Shown: positions 45,511 through 56,195, counted from the first letter of the stretch. The stretch is 64,000 nucleotides of DNA from a virus (IMGVR_UViG_3300033068_001704:1-64000); one strand, 5' to 3'. Notes: generated by a model not told the origin, from the sequence alone. A program made the numbers and translations.

Positions 45511-46695
45511 ATGAGCGGCCCCTTCAAGGCAGACGGTCTTCAGATCGAACCGGGTTCTGGTCAGACACTCACGATTCTTCGTGATGTCCCGACCGGTTCG
45601 CTTCGGTTTGTGGACACTGTCGTCCCTTCGGGGATCAATCTTTCTGACCTCGCGAACTTCTCGACGATCACGGGGGTTCTGGTTGTTGGGAGGGCGGGGA
45701 CCGGGGCGAAGTACACGACCCTTCAGTCCGCTCTCAACGCAGTTCCCCCGACATCGAGCGCGTCGGCTCCGACCGTGATCCTGGTGATGCCGGGCGTGTA
45801 CACCGAAAACCTTCTCGTCGAGAAGGACGGGGTCTCGGTCGTCGCTCTAGGGGCGGTGAGTGTGGTGGCCTCCGCGGCCTCCGCAACGGTGACGGTTCAG
45901 GAGTCGGTTGCGACCGTCCCTCAGTCGATTCTCTTCCACGGGATCCGGTTCGTGAATGCCAACGATGGCATCGAATGCGCCCTGGTCACTGGGGGGGCTT
46001 CCTCCACGGTGGGATCGGCGGGGATCGTCTTTCGGCAGTGCGAGTTCGCTGCCACGGGCGTGGGCGGGTACACGGTTCGAGCTGACGCCGTCAACAACGT
46101 CACGCTGCTGGACTGCATCTCGGATGAGAGCGCGGTCACGGCATCTCTTCGCGTGTCCCAGTGCGCGAAGGCGACGGTTTCAGGGGGCACCCATCGCCTC
46201 ATGCAGATGGACTACAGCACGGTCGGGGTGATCCCGTCGGTGTCCGGATCGACGTACCTGATCAACAGTTGCCGGTCGGTCGGGAACCTCCTGTCAACCC
46301 TGACGGGGGCGGGGTCCCTCACGGTTCAGAACTGCGTGACAGGGAACATCACCCAGAACGGCAATCGAACCGGTCTGGTTCAGTTCTCCACGGTCGGCAA
46401 TGTCACGGCAGGCGGTACAACCGCACTCGTCATCCGGCAGTCGAAGCGGGGGACCGTGGCTGGGTCCGGGACGATCGATGAGACGATCACCTCGGGGACA
46501 GTGGACTTCGTCGGGTCCCTGTCGGAGGCGGTGGCCTTCACGGTCCCGCGCTCGAACGCCACCTACACGGTGGTGCTGGACCCTGGGGTCGTGGCCTTCG
46601 CAGGGGTGACCGGGAAGTCGGCCGCCGGCTTCACCATCGAATTCGGCTCTATTCAGACCACTACGGTGAGCTGGTCCATTCTGGCGTCGGCGTAA
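45511..46695 (+). CDS. putative virion protein with pectin-lyase-like beta-helix start
   Basis: YTTLQSAL...ILVMPGVYTENL; Ser/Thr/Gly-rich. Confidence 0.6.
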   Translation: MSGPFKADGLQIEPGSGQTLTILRDVPTGSLRFVDTVVPSGINLSDLANFSTITGVLVVGRAGTGAKYTTLQSALNAVPPTSSASAPTVILVMPGVYTENLLVEKDGVSVVALGAVSVVASAASATVTVQESVATVPQSILFHGIRFVNANDGIECALVTGGASSTVGSAGIVFRQCEFAATGVGGYTVRADAVNNVTLLDCISDESAVTASLRVSQCAKATVSGGTHRLMQMDYSTVGVIPSVSGSTYLINSCRSVGNLLSTLTGAGSLTVQNCVTGNITQNGNRTGLVQFSTVGNVTAGGTTALVIRQSKRGTVAGSGTIDETITSGTVDFVGSLSEAVAFTVPRSNATYTVVLDPGVVAFAGVTGKSAAGFTIEFGSIQTTTVSWSILASA

Positions 46696-46720
46696 TCCGG
46701 CGGCGAGGCTCAAGGACGAG

Positions 46721-47491
46721 ATGGAAGACTGGGACGAGATCGCAAGCGGGATGTACAAGGAGGCGTCGTCTATCGACGATCATCTTGGCGCCCGTTTGTC
46801 CAATGCTTCCGTACAGTTGCTGACCGACAGGATGAGGGACCTCAACGCCCTTGAGGTCCCGGCCATGGCCGGCTCCAGGGTCGCCTTCGCGGACAACCTC
46901 GGCGCGGTGCTCAGCTATCCCGAGCCTCCGGTGGGAGGGTCTGAGGGGACCGTGGTGACCGTTCGGACGGCTTCCGGGGACGTCACGCATCTCGATGGGC
47001 TCGTGTTCGTGAAGTGGGATGACGGCCGCTTCCTTCCGGCGCACCGCGAACACCTGCGACTCGCAGCGTCTCAGGGGTCCAAGAAGACTGCCGCGGACCT
47101 CGCTGAGGTGAATGCCTCCCAGGTCGGCACCCTTCTCGTGACAGCGGATGGTCACATGGCCTGGCGGAGGGTCGCCCCCGGCAAGTCGGGGTGGGAGAAG
47201 CAGCGGCCTGTTGCCACTGGGGATGGGTGGGAGCCCACGCGTCCCAGTGAGTCAGGGCTTCACGTTTTCCAGAGCATCGTTCGGATGCTGGGACGCGAGA
47301 AGATGAAGCTGGTCCCCCCGACCTACGCGATGAGAGTCGCTTCGCTTCACGACCTGAGCGACTTCCTGAAGTCGGCCAAGGACGAACTGATCCACAAGGC
47401 CACCAAGGACCTGTGGAACGTGACTCTCGTGGACGGCGAGTACGTCATCGAGCGTCTCTTCGACGAGACGGGAAGCCCGTTGAAGGTATGA
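46721..47491 (+). CDS. putative head-associated protein
   Basis: KEAS, KKTAA, RVAS motifs; head gene cluster. Confidence 0.55.
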   Translation: MEDWDEIASGMYKEASSIDDHLGARLSNASVQLLTDRMRDLNALEVPAMAGSRVAFADNLGAVLSYPEPPVGGSEGTVVTVRTASGDVTHLDGLVFVKWDDGRFLPAHREHLRLAASQGSKKTAADLAEVNASQVGTLLVTADGHMAWRRVAPGKSGWEKQRPVATGDGWEPTRPSESGLHVFQSIVRMLGREKMKLVPPTYAMRVASLHDLSDFLKSAKDELIHKATKDLWNVTLVDGEYVIERLFDETGSPLKV

Positions 47492-48114
47492 CCAGCAAGA
47501 TCGACCGACCGGATCCGATTCGCGTGGCACGGCGAGCAATGGTTCGCCAGGCCTCGGAGCGTCGGATGACGCGTACCGCTGGTGAAGTCCGGTTCATCAA
47601 GGACAAGTCCGGTGACGCGAGTCAGTGGGCGTGGAACGACTCCGGTCCGCAGGAGCGCCACATCACCCCCGAGTTCGCGTTCGACCCGAAGAAGACGAAG
47701 CCGCTGGCTCGCGTGCTGAGAGCGACGAACGCGTCCCTTGGGCATGCGATGTCGGCTTACACGATCTTCACGAAGGTTCGGTCGGCGGAGATCTCTCCGG
47801 ACGGCTCGCTCGGCGGCAAGGGCTACATCCAGAAGATCACTGAGATGCGGCGAGCGTACATGAACGTGATCGAGGCGCTCTCGGCGCTGTCGGACACGAT
47901 GTACGACGAGATTCGGGCCCCGCACTGGGCTGCAATCTCTCGTCAGGAAGACCCTGAGGACCGGCAGGAGGTCGAACAGATTGTCGAGGATGCCCTCGAA
48001 ATCAAGAAGGACCCCGAAGGCTGGGCTGAGGAACAGGAAGAGCAGATGGACGAGGAGAACGACCTCTCCATGAAGACCGCGGCGCTCGTGCTCCGCATCC
48101 AGAGGGGTCGCTGA
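47488..48114 (+). CDS. putative head-associated protein
   Basis: ATGA overlap; RVARR, RQAS, RTAG, KTAA motifs. Confidence 0.6.
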   Translation: MTSKIDRPDPIRVARRAMVRQASERRMTRTAGEVRFIKDKSGDASQWAWNDSGPQERHITPEFAFDPKKTKPLARVLRATNASLGHAMSAYTIFTKVRSAEISPDGSLGGKGYIQKITEMRRAYMNVIEALSALSDTMYDEIRAPHWAAISRQEDPEDRQEVEQIVEDALEIKKDPEGWAEEQEEQMDEENDLSMKTAALVLRIQRGR

Positions 48115-50054
48115 TGTCGAAGTCCCAGATGCCCGACGGCGGATACAACCCGCAGCTCGGCTCCAACTACATGCTCGACGGGTTCGAGTTCGACTCCCCC
48201 TACGGTGAAGGCGTGGACGAGGCCCGGAAGGACCCCGACCCGGATCTCCCGCGTTCTCAGGCTGGCCTCTCCACGCTCCCCGACGGGTTCATGGGGGTCG
48301 AGGCGTCTGGGGAAGAGTTCGACTTCTCGATGGTCGAGGGCGGAGACGAGCGTGGTCTTGGCAACCTGGGGGAGATGGTCCGGCAGGCCGCCCCTCTCAT
48401 GGACCTCTCGTGGCTCGAAGGGGCAGAGCAGGACCCTGACCGCCTTCCGGAGGCCGTCAACCCGGTCGAGTACGACCTCAATGACCTGTACCAGACGACC
48501 GTCTCGGACGTTCCGGATACCGGAATGCGTTCGGAGCTGGAGCAGGCCTGGGGGGTGGATTCCCGTACGAACGGGCAGACCATCGTTCCGAACGTCGAGT
48601 ACGAGCCTGCACCCCGTGGACCCGAGTCGATGCTTCCCGGAGATCAGCTCCGAACCATCCTCGCCCATGCGATGCGGAAGTCTGCCTTCGGGGAGTCGCT
48701 CGACAACGTGGTTCGGGATGTCTCGACCTTCCTCGGTGAGGGGCTCAACCACATCAACGCGACGGCTGCCGGACGGAAGTTCGCTGCTGGCATGAGGACG
48801 GTCCGTGCGGAGCATGGGGTCGTCGGTCAGGTCTACGTTCGTGATTCTGCGTTCCCTGGTCTGCTGACTGGGAAGTGGGATGCGGCGATCAAGCGTCGGT
48901 GCGCCTCGGCCCGCTACTGGCTGACGACCCCCGGGTCGAAGCTCGCGGCGTATGACCGGTACCTCGGCATGCAGGTCGTCACGGAGATCCCGTGGCGTGA
49001 AGCGCTGGCGCACTACCGCCCGAGGCTCGAAGCTTCGGGGAAGAAGGTTGCCTCGGAAGGCGACCCGAAGCGTGCGCTTCTCGCGGCTCTCCGTGCGCAG
49101 GCCCCCAGTGCCAAGAAGGAGTCGTCCCTCCCGGTTCAGCCGATGGGGGAGACGGTGGCATCGGACGCAGCGTGGGCGATCTTCGCGAGCGCCCCGGCTC
49201 CGGAGCGTCAGGTCGTCCGGAAGGACGCAGAGGCGCACGTCCTGGCGACGAAGAAGGCGCGCATCCAGCTCGGACGCTGGGTCAAGGCCACCCTCATCAG
49301 CCTCGATGAAGCGAAGGCGCTCGCCAAGAAGCACGCAGATCCTCACGCTCTCGTCAAGGCGGGGGCAGAGCTGGTTTCGCAGCGGACCGCGAGCCAGAAG
49401 GAGTACGCAGGCAGCGCCTTCGTGGCGAACCAGCCGACGAAGAAGGCGGCCGAGACCCCCGAGATGCTCGGATGGTCGAACTCTCTGGAGGTTCGCAAGC
49501 TCCTCCGGTGGGCCTCGCTTCAGATGAACGAGGGCGCGGCAGGCAAGGACCTCGACTACCTGCTCGGAGCACGCTTCTCTGGCGTTCTGATGAAGCAGGC
49601 TTCGGAGCCCCTCGTCCAGCTTCGGAAGAAGCACGAGGGTCTCGCAGGCCACCTGTACGTGGATGCAAGCGCCTACGCGAGCCCTTCCGGGACGGCAGGC
49701 TGTGAGAAGGGCGCTCTCGTCCACCGGGCAAACGCGCTCAAGGCGGTGCTCGGGATGGATCGCTGCGGGTCGTGCGCGTCGAACGTCGATGACCACTGCC
49801 AGAAGTACAACAAGTCGATCGTGGCCTCAGCGCCCGTTCGGAATGCCGAGAAGTACCAGCGGGACATGATCCGGCTCGCGAACGGCAACGATGCTGAGCA
49901 GACGGCATCGTACTTCGCCCCCTCGTACGACGAGGGTGAGTTCGATCTCCAGAACGACTCCCTCGACAACTTCGACTACGCGGACGCTCCCTCGACCGAG
50001 GTGCTCGGCGAGGTGCTCTTCGAGGGACTGATCCTCGACAACGACGAGGAGTGA
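48114..50054 (+). CDS. large hypothetical protein, head cluster
   Basis: 646-aa ORF with acidic termini, KVAS/RTAS/KQAS motifs, C-terminal Cys cluster. Confidence 0.65.
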   Translation: MSKSQMPDGGYNPQLGSNYMLDGFEFDSPYGEGVDEARKDPDPDLPRSQAGLSTLPDGFMGVEASGEEFDFSMVEGGDERGLGNLGEMVRQAAPLMDLSWLEGAEQDPDRLPEAVNPVEYDLNDLYQTTVSDVPDTGMRSELEQAWGVDSRTNGQTIVPNVEYEPAPRGPESMLPGDQLRTILAHAMRKSAFGESLDNVVRDVSTFLGEGLNHINATAAGRKFAAGMRTVRAEHGVVGQVYVRDSAFPGLLTGKWDAAIKRRCASARYWLTTPGSKLAAYDRYLGMQVVTEIPWREALAHYRPRLEASGKKVASEGDPKRALLAALRAQAPSAKKESSLPVQPMGETVASDAAWAIFASAPAPERQVVRKDAEAHVLATKKARIQLGRWVKATLISLDEAKALAKKHADPHALVKAGAELVSQRTASQKEYAGSAFVANQPTKKAAETPEMLGWSNSLEVRKLLRWASLQMNEGAAGKDLDYLLGARFSGVLMKQASEPLVQLRKKHEGLAGHLYVDASAYASPSGTAGCEKGALVHRANALKAVLGMDRCGSCASNVDDHCQKYNKSIVASAPVRNAEKYQRDMIRLANGNDAEQTASYFAPSYDEGEFDLQNDSLDNFDYADAPSTEVLGEVLFEGLILDNDEE

Positions 50055-50671
50055 TCATGTTCCATCCTGCGACCCCCCCGAAGTTCAAGGTCCTGGTCGC
50101 GGCGATCACTTCGCCGTCCGATCCTAGCCGCGGGATCAACCCCACGATCGCGAGGACGGGGTTCACCCTCCAACAGGTCATCACGCAGAGTGGCGTGGGT
50201 CGCGTGGGGGGCCCGATCGTGGCTCGTGCTGCGACAGGCCCGTTGAACCACACCGCTGCGATCGTCGTCACCTCGAACGACTTCGCCAATTCCGACGGTG
50301 TGGCCCCGTTCCTACTGACCGAAGAGATCGCTCTGTTCGATCGGTATATCGTCGCGGGTCAGAACTTCTCCGTGGCTGGCGGTGGGGTCGCACCGCTCGA
50401 CGAAATCGCGGACGGGATCGCCGTATCGCTCAACGTGTATCCGGACATCGATGCCGTCTCGGACGGTGTGGATACGGTCTACATCACGTACCTCGGTCTC
50501 GAACCCTTCCTTCCGATCAAGGCAACGGGCGATGAGTCCGAGACCCTCGGAGACGCACCGTTCGAGATCACGGCAGGGGGCGTCACTCTCACGGTCTCTC
50601 CGGCTCTTCGGCAGACGTTCTACGTCTCGAATTCGGTGAAGACGCAGTCCCCTCCGGAAGCCCTGCCCTGA
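50051..50671 (+). CDS. hypothetical protein
   Basis: 206-aa ORF. Confidence 0.6.
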   Translation: MIMFHPATPPKFKVLVAAITSPSDPSRGINPTIARTGFTLQQVITQSGVGRVGGPIVARAATGPLNHTAAIVVTSNDFANSDGVAPFLLTEEIALFDRYIVAGQNFSVAGGGVAPLDEIADGIAVSLNVYPDIDAVSDGVDTVYITYLGLEPFLPIKATGDESETLGDAPFEITAGGVTLTVSPALRQTFYVSNSVKTQSPPEALP

Positions 50672-50708
50672 TTCAGGGCGGTACCGTAGGCCAAGGGATT
50701 CTTGGCTC

Positions 50709-51467
50709 ATGACTGATTCGAACGATCCTTTCGACGCCACCAAGGCAATCGATCAGGCCCTCGACCTCTCGAATGACCCGGCCCTTGTGGTCGAGGTGGT
50801 ACCTTCCTCGACCCGCATGATCCAAGGATACCCCATCCCCGATGGGGCCCAGAGGGTCAGGGTCACGGACGAGAAGGGGAAGGCGTGCTGGAGAAGACTC
50901 GATGCAGTCCTCCCCACAGACACGATCGACCTGACGGGGAAGGGTCATCCCCAGTGGATGTACAACCAGGTTGGGCGTCCGAAGACTCAACAGCTCCATG
51001 AGATCGTCCCTCCTGCCACCGCGGTGATTGGGGACCTGATTCGGGCTCGACAGGCGCTCATGCGCTCGGACCCGGTCATCCTCGCGGCGGAATCGACCCC
51101 GGAGTCTCCGGAGGTCTTGAACCAGGTCCTCATCGCGCTCTCGGAAGAAGCTGCCTCTCTCAGGTTCGAGAGGCTCGAAGCAGAGCGCAATGGAAACGAC
51201 ACCTCTCCTTTCTCGGTGCGACGTGTCGCTGCCCTGAAGGCGATCGGTGACGCTTGGATCAAGCGCAAGGAGCAGATCCAGAGTCGCGAGATCGACCTCG
51301 AAAGCCCTGTCTTCGGGGAGCTGCTCAAGCTCATCTCGGAGACGTTCGCACGGTCCATGGTCGAGGCGGGCGTCCGCCAGGAGATGATGGACACGGTCTT
51401 CGCGAAGTTCACGCGTCAGCTCGATGACACGTGGAAGAACGAAGCGAAGTCACGGATGGCTAAGTGA
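50709..51467 (+). CDS. possible terminase small subunit
   Basis: helical protein directly upstream of and overlapping TerL; positional inference only. Confidence 0.35.
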   Translation: MTDSNDPFDATKAIDQALDLSNDPALVVEVVPSSTRMIQGYPIPDGAQRVRVTDEKGKACWRRLDAVLPTDTIDLTGKGHPQWMYNQVGRPKTQQLHEIVPPATAVIGDLIRARQALMRSDPVILAAESTPESPEVLNQVLIALSEEAASLRFERLEAERNGNDTSPFSVRRVAALKAIGDAWIKRKEQIQSREIDLESPVFGELLKLISETFARSMVEAGVRQEMMDTVFAKFTRQLDDTWKNEAKSRMAK

Positions 51468-53341
51468 GCCTCGGGAACTTCGTCCTCTCCGGCGCACGGG
51501 CGGTCTCTTCCGAGAAGACGAACAAGCCCGTCGCGAGCGCTGTCGAGTTCGTGGAGGAGCCCTGGGGCCTCGGGATGAAGCTCTTCCCGGTCCAGAGGGT
51601 CATCCTGAAGTGCCACTATGGGCTTGAGCTTGACGACAAGGACAAGTTCAAGATCTCCAACTGGCAGCGGGACAAGACCCTCGAATTCACAGAGCGGGAG
51701 TACCTGGAATACCTCTACAACGAGGGCCGCTCGAACATCAAGGAGATCGACCACGAGCGGCGAGAGATGATCCTCTCGATCGGTCGTCGTTCCGGCAAGA
51801 CCACGCTCTCTGCCTGCGTCGCAGCGTACGAGACGTACAAGCTCATCTCCAAGGGAGACCCCCAGGCGTACTACGGCCTCCCGCAGTCGAACATGATCCA
51901 GTTGATCTCGGTCGCTACCGACAAGGATCAGGCTGGACTCCTGTACCAGGAAGTCAGCGGACACTTCCGGAATTGCAGCTTCTTCGCCCCCTACACCGCG
52001 AACAACACGATGTCCTACGCCCGCTTCCAGACGCCCAAGGACGTCGAGAAGTACGGGGCATACATCGACGACCCGAGCGCGAAGGCGACCATCAAGGTCA
52101 CGTTCCGCTCGTGCGTGGCGAAGGGTCTTCGAGGCGCCGGCAACATCGTCGTCATCCTCGACGAGGTCGCCCACTTCACTGACGCTGGGCAGTCGTCGGC
52201 CGACTCGGTCTACAACGCTGTCGTTCCTTCGACCTCCGCCTACTCCCCGAAGGACCCGAACGATCGCCGGGTCCCGACGGGACAGGTTGAAGCCCGGGTG
52301 ATTCTGATCTCGTCCCCGCTCGGACGTCAGGGCTTGTTCTACAAGCTCTTCACGATGGGCATGAGCGGTGGGTCCGTCGGCAAGAACATGCTCTGCATCC
52401 AGGCCCCGACCTGGGAGGTGAACCCTACGGTTCCCGCGAGCGAGTTCGAGAAGAACTACCTCAAGGACCCTGCCGTCTTCTTCACGGAGTACGGCGGTGA
52501 GTTCACGGATCGAACGCGTGGTTGGATCGAGCGGGAGGAAGACCTCGTCGCCTGCATCAACAAGGACCTCCGACCGTTGGTTCGAGGGATCCCGCGCAAG
52601 CCCCACTTCCTCGGGCTCGACCTTGGTCTCGTGGGCGACGGGACGGCCATTGCCGTAGGCCACATCGAGGAAGGCGGCCTGATTCAGACCGACTACATCG
52701 ACCAGATCAAGGCGGGGGAGGGGAAGCACAAGGACAAGGAGCGCCTCGACTTCGACGATGTCGCGGACTGGATCAAAGAGGTCTGCAATCGCTTCTACAT
52801 CGTGGAAGGCATCTTCGATCAGTGGGCCGGCATCCCCTTGGAGCAGGCCCTCGCGAAGAGGGGTCTGGCACAGATGAAGGCGGTTCAGATGACCAAGAAT
52901 CTGACCTCTCAGATGTTCCAGAACTTCAAGGACATGATGTGGGACAAGAAGCTTGTCCTGTATGACTACCCGATCTTGCAGAACGAGCAGCACAGCGCCC
53001 ACATCACGGAGTTGCTCGAACTTCAGGCTCGTTTCCAGTCGAAGTACATCACGACCGTAGAAGCCCCGAACATCGAAGGGAAGCACGACGATCTCTCCGA
53101 CGCGATCGTCCGCATGGTCTGGGTCGCCTCGAATCGTCTCATGAAGCAACCGCACCTTGCGGGGTCTGGTGTCGCATCAGGGTTGACGATCGGGGGGACA
53201 GGGATCCCGCCCTCGGCTCGAAGGCGACTTCTTCAGAGCGGTAGCCACGAGTCCCGGATGGTTCCGAGAGGACCTGGGATGAGGGGCGGGGCGGGACGCG
53301 GGAGATCCCCGCTCGGTGGAAGACCTCTGCGCGGGAGGTAG
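51464..53341 (+). CDS. terL: terminase large subunit
   Basis: GRRSGKT, VILDE, ISSP, GLDLG..GD, HDDLSDA. Confidence 0.88.
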   Translation: MSLGNFVLSGARAVSSEKTNKPVASAVEFVEEPWGLGMKLFPVQRVILKCHYGLELDDKDKFKISNWQRDKTLEFTEREYLEYLYNEGRSNIKEIDHERREMILSIGRRSGKTTLSACVAAYETYKLISKGDPQAYYGLPQSNMIQLISVATDKDQAGLLYQEVSGHFRNCSFFAPYTANNTMSYARFQTPKDVEKYGAYIDDPSAKATIKVTFRSCVAKGLRGAGNIVVILDEVAHFTDAGQSSADSVYNAVVPSTSAYSPKDPNDRRVPTGQVEARVILISSPLGRQGLFYKLFTMGMSGGSVGKNMLCIQAPTWEVNPTVPASEFEKNYLKDPAVFFTEYGGEFTDRTRGWIEREEDLVACINKDLRPLVRGIPRKPHFLGLDLGLVGDGTAIAVGHIEEGGLIQTDYIDQIKAGEGKHKDKERLDFDDVADWIKEVCNRFYIVEGIFDQWAGIPLEQALAKRGLAQMKAVQMTKNLTSQMFQNFKDMMWDKKLVLYDYPILQNEQHSAHITELLELQARFQSKYITTVEAPNIEGKHDDLSDAIVRMVWVASNRLMKQPHLAGSGVASGLTIGGTGIPPSARRRLLQSGSHESRMVPRGPGMRGGAGRGRSPLGGRPLRGR

Positions 53342-53348
53342 CGACACC

Positions 53349-53615
53349 ATGCGCAGGATCGAAGCAAAGGGCGACCCGCTCAAGCCGTCGAGGGCCGACT
53401 ACCGGATCATCCGGAAGATCCTCGAATCGACCTACAGCGGGAAGGTCTCCCACATCCCTGAGGAGTACGACCGCGTGATCGCCGTCTTCTCTCGGGCTGG
53501 GGGGTCGTGGGAACGCCTGTTCGGCGGGTCGATCGACGACATCCGCTTGCTGAAGATGACGCTGCGGGTCGCGTTCAAGAACGGTCACCTCACCCGTTCC
53601 CCTGAGTGGAAGTGA
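53349..53615 (+). CDS. hypothetical protein
   Basis: GGAGGT SD, ATG 53349. Confidence 0.6.
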   Translation: MRRIEAKGDPLKPSRADYRIIRKILESTYSGKVSHIPEEYDRVIAVFSRAGGSWERLFGGSIDDIRLLKMTLRVAFKNGHLTRSPEWK

Positions 53616-53634
53616 TCCACCGGTACAGTGCCGG

Positions 53635-53946
53635 GTGAGAGGTCGTCTCCGTTCGCGCTTGTCCACCACCGAGATCGACCGTCAGGTCGGGGCTCGGATG
53701 ATTGATGCCGAGCGGGCAACCGTCGCGGCTTTGAGGGACGTCCAACAGCACCTGAAGACGGTGAAAGACCCGTTGGAAGTGACCCGATCGAAGCGGGTTT
53801 TCCGAGACCTCCAGGGTGTCCTCTCCGCGATTTCTAGGGTCCGTTCGGTTCGTTCCCTCTATGGCGTTGAGGATGACGTGGATCCCAAGACGCCTCCCGC
53901 CCCCAAAACCCCGCCGGTTGGGCCGGAAACACCCCCGACTACGTGA
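53635..53946 (+). CDS. hypothetical protein
   Basis: 103-aa ORF. Confidence 0.45.
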   Translation: MRGRLRSRLSTTEIDRQVGARMIDAERATVAALRDVQQHLKTVKDPLEVTRSKRVFRDLQGVLSAISRVRSVRSLYGVEDDVDPKTPPAPKTPPVGPETPPTT

Positions 53947-53959
53947 TGAGTGAACGCGC

Positions 53960-55753
53960 ATGAAGACGAGTCGTCAGGACGACCCCCAGGGGCGTGAGGT
54001 CGGACGCATGAAGCGTGCGGGCCAGGGCGACAAGACCGCTCGCCCCGCGCCTTATGCGGGGCAGCGCTCGGAATCCGAGGGTCAGGGCGGCGTGGAGGTC
54101 AAGCGCGTCAACAAGCGCGCGAACGTCGAGGTGGGGAAGCCGACCCGCATTCTGACGAGCGCGATGCGCTCGAAGGTCGCGTTCCCCTCGGTGGGTGCGA
54201 CCTCGTCGGCAAGCGGCGGCAACTTCTACTCGCCGGAGCTTTCGACCGACTTCCTCGAACTGCCTCAGTCCGCCGATGAGAAGCGGAATTACTTCCGGTT
54301 CTTCTACGAGACTGACCCCTTCGTAGGTCAGGCCGTGGACCTGCACACGGAGCTTCCGCTGTCGAAGGTCCGTCTCGGGATGCCGGACGCGAAGAGCACA
54401 GCGCTCGCGAAGCGGTCGCTCGATTTCTGCTCTCGGTGGTCGAAGAAGATCGGCCTACTTCAGCACCTCCTCTCGATCGTCCACGATTACAACCTCCTCG
54501 GTGAGGTTTTCGTGTTCGCCGAGGACACCTCCCCCGACATGCCCGAGGAGGTGATGTACGACTACGAGCGGGAGATCGACTCGGACGGGAACGCAGTCGA
54601 GGCCAAGAAGAAGCGCCCTGATTGGGCGGAACGTGCCGAAGCCTGGCTGAAGAAGAACTACACGGGGTGGACGGCCATCCGAGTTCTTCCGCCCGAGCAG
54701 ATTCAGGTTGAGAGCTTCCCGTTCACCGACGAGAAGATGATCGAGCTGATCCCCGACTCCAAGACCAAGGACCTGATCGCAAGGGCCGAGGGGGGGGATG
54801 TCCGGGCGGCCAAGATCGTCAAGACGATGCCCAAGGACGTCGTCGAATCCATCCGTGAAGGGAACAACATCCCCCTGAACACGGACCCGGAGGCGGGAAG
54901 CTTCGTCAGCTACCTCGCCCGAAAGAAGTCGCAGTACGAGCCGCGTGGGCACTCGATCTTGGAGCGCTGTCTCCGGATCCTTGTCTACCGCGACAAGCTT
55001 CGTCAGGCCCAGACCTCCATCGCTTCCCGGCACATGACCCCGATCCGGGTTGTGTGGGCAGAGGATGCGGATGCCCCGAGCGTGGATGCGCTCCGTGAGC
55101 AGGTCGAGCTGGCTCTCATGGATCCGGACTACTCCATCGTCACGAACTTCCAGGTGAACTGGGAGGAGATGGGCAGCAACGGCCGTCTTCTCGAACTCTC
55201 CGGTGAGTACGAGATGACGGATCGGCAGATGTACGCCGGCCTCGGGGTCACCGAGAGCCTCCTGTCGGGTGAGTCGAGCTACTCAGGCGACCGGATCAAC
55301 CTGGAGGTCATCAACACCAGGTACATGCTCCTCCGAGAGATCCTCCAGGACTTCGTGGAGAACAACCTCTTCCGGCCGATGTGCCAGAGGATGGGCTTCG
55401 TCGAGACCGACGCGGAAGGCAACGAGGAAGTCATCGTCCCGAGCCTCTCGTTCACGCGGCTCGCTCTGCGCGACAACGCAGATACATTCGATGCCCTGTT
55501 CAACCTCTACCAGAAGGGCTCGTTGGACATCGATGTCATCCTGGAGCTGCTGAACATCGACCCGAACACGACGCGCGAGAAGCTCATCCGAGACCTCTTC
55601 ACCGTCAACGACGCGAAGTTCAACGACATGCTCGGGGGCATCTACGGGTCCGCGGGCCAGGCGCTGGTCGAGAACTCCGATGTCATCGAGAAGCTCGCCA
55701 AGTACCTCCACCTCAAATTCGAGAAGAAGAGCGAAGAGGGGGGTCGTTTCTAG
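53960..55753 (+). CDS. portal protein
   Basis: 597 aa after TerL; PFVGQAVD, YNLLGEVFV, PRGHSIL, AGLGV.ESLL.G portal-like segments. Confidence 0.72.
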   Translation: MKTSRQDDPQGREVGRMKRAGQGDKTARPAPYAGQRSESEGQGGVEVKRVNKRANVEVGKPTRILTSAMRSKVAFPSVGATSSASGGNFYSPELSTDFLELPQSADEKRNYFRFFYETDPFVGQAVDLHTELPLSKVRLGMPDAKSTALAKRSLDFCSRWSKKIGLLQHLLSIVHDYNLLGEVFVFAEDTSPDMPEEVMYDYEREIDSDGNAVEAKKKRPDWAERAEAWLKKNYTGWTAIRVLPPEQIQVESFPFTDEKMIELIPDSKTKDLIARAEGGDVRAAKIVKTMPKDVVESIREGNNIPLNTDPEAGSFVSYLARKKSQYEPRGHSILERCLRILVYRDKLRQAQTSIASRHMTPIRVVWAEDADAPSVDALREQVELALMDPDYSIVTNFQVNWEEMGSNGRLLELSGEYEMTDRQMYAGLGVTESLLSGESSYSGDRINLEVINTRYMLLREILQDFVENNLFRPMCQRMGFVETDAEGNEEVIVPSLSFTRLALRDNADTFDALFNLYQKGSLDIDVILELLNIDPNTTREKLIRDLFTVNDAKFNDMLGGIYGSAGQALVENSDVIEKLAKYLHLKFEKKSEEGGRF

Positions 55754-55780
55754 GCTTATGCGGGTCGGGAGGTAGTACCC

Positions 55781-56194
55781 GTGGCGGACCTTCTCCCGAT
55801 CATGCACCCCCTCTACAACCTGAGGGAAATCTGCAAGCAGTCCGCGTTGTTGGAGGACCACCTCAACAACAAGCGCAAGCGCTGCGAGGACTGCATCAGG
55901 AAGCACTTCCTGACGATCGAGGCTCTGTTCGAAGAGGCTCTATCGCTCGACAGTGAGCAGAAGTGGTTCGAGCACCTGGATGGGAAGGCGGATGATGTCC
56001 GGCTCCTTCAGGAACGATGGCTCGACGGGGAAGACGAGCTGGACGTCGCCCAGGAACTGAGAGCGATGCGCAAGGAATTCGCACCCATCTGCTTCGATCT
56101 CCGTGAGATGACTGAAGAATCTCGCCTGGCTTCACTCGCCTCCCAAGTGGCTGACGTCTTCCTGGGACGCCGGGTAGCGCACACGGGAGGCTGA
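55781..56194 (+). CDS. hypothetical protein (LLEDHL...RCEDCIRKHF)
   Basis: GGAGGT SD, 137 aa. Confidence 0.7.
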   Translation: MADLLPIMHPLYNLREICKQSALLEDHLNNKRKRCEDCIRKHFLTIEALFEEALSLDSEQKWFEHLDGKADDVRLLQERWLDGEDELDVAQELRAMRKEFAPICFDLREMTEESRLASLASQVADVFLGRRVAHTGG

Positions 56195-56195
56195 G

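Noticed and set aside
22092-53341. Inteins or self-splicing introns in nrdJ, recA, recD2, dnaX or terL
   Set aside because: Lengths and motif spacing are normal; no intein terminal motifs or frame interruptions noticed.
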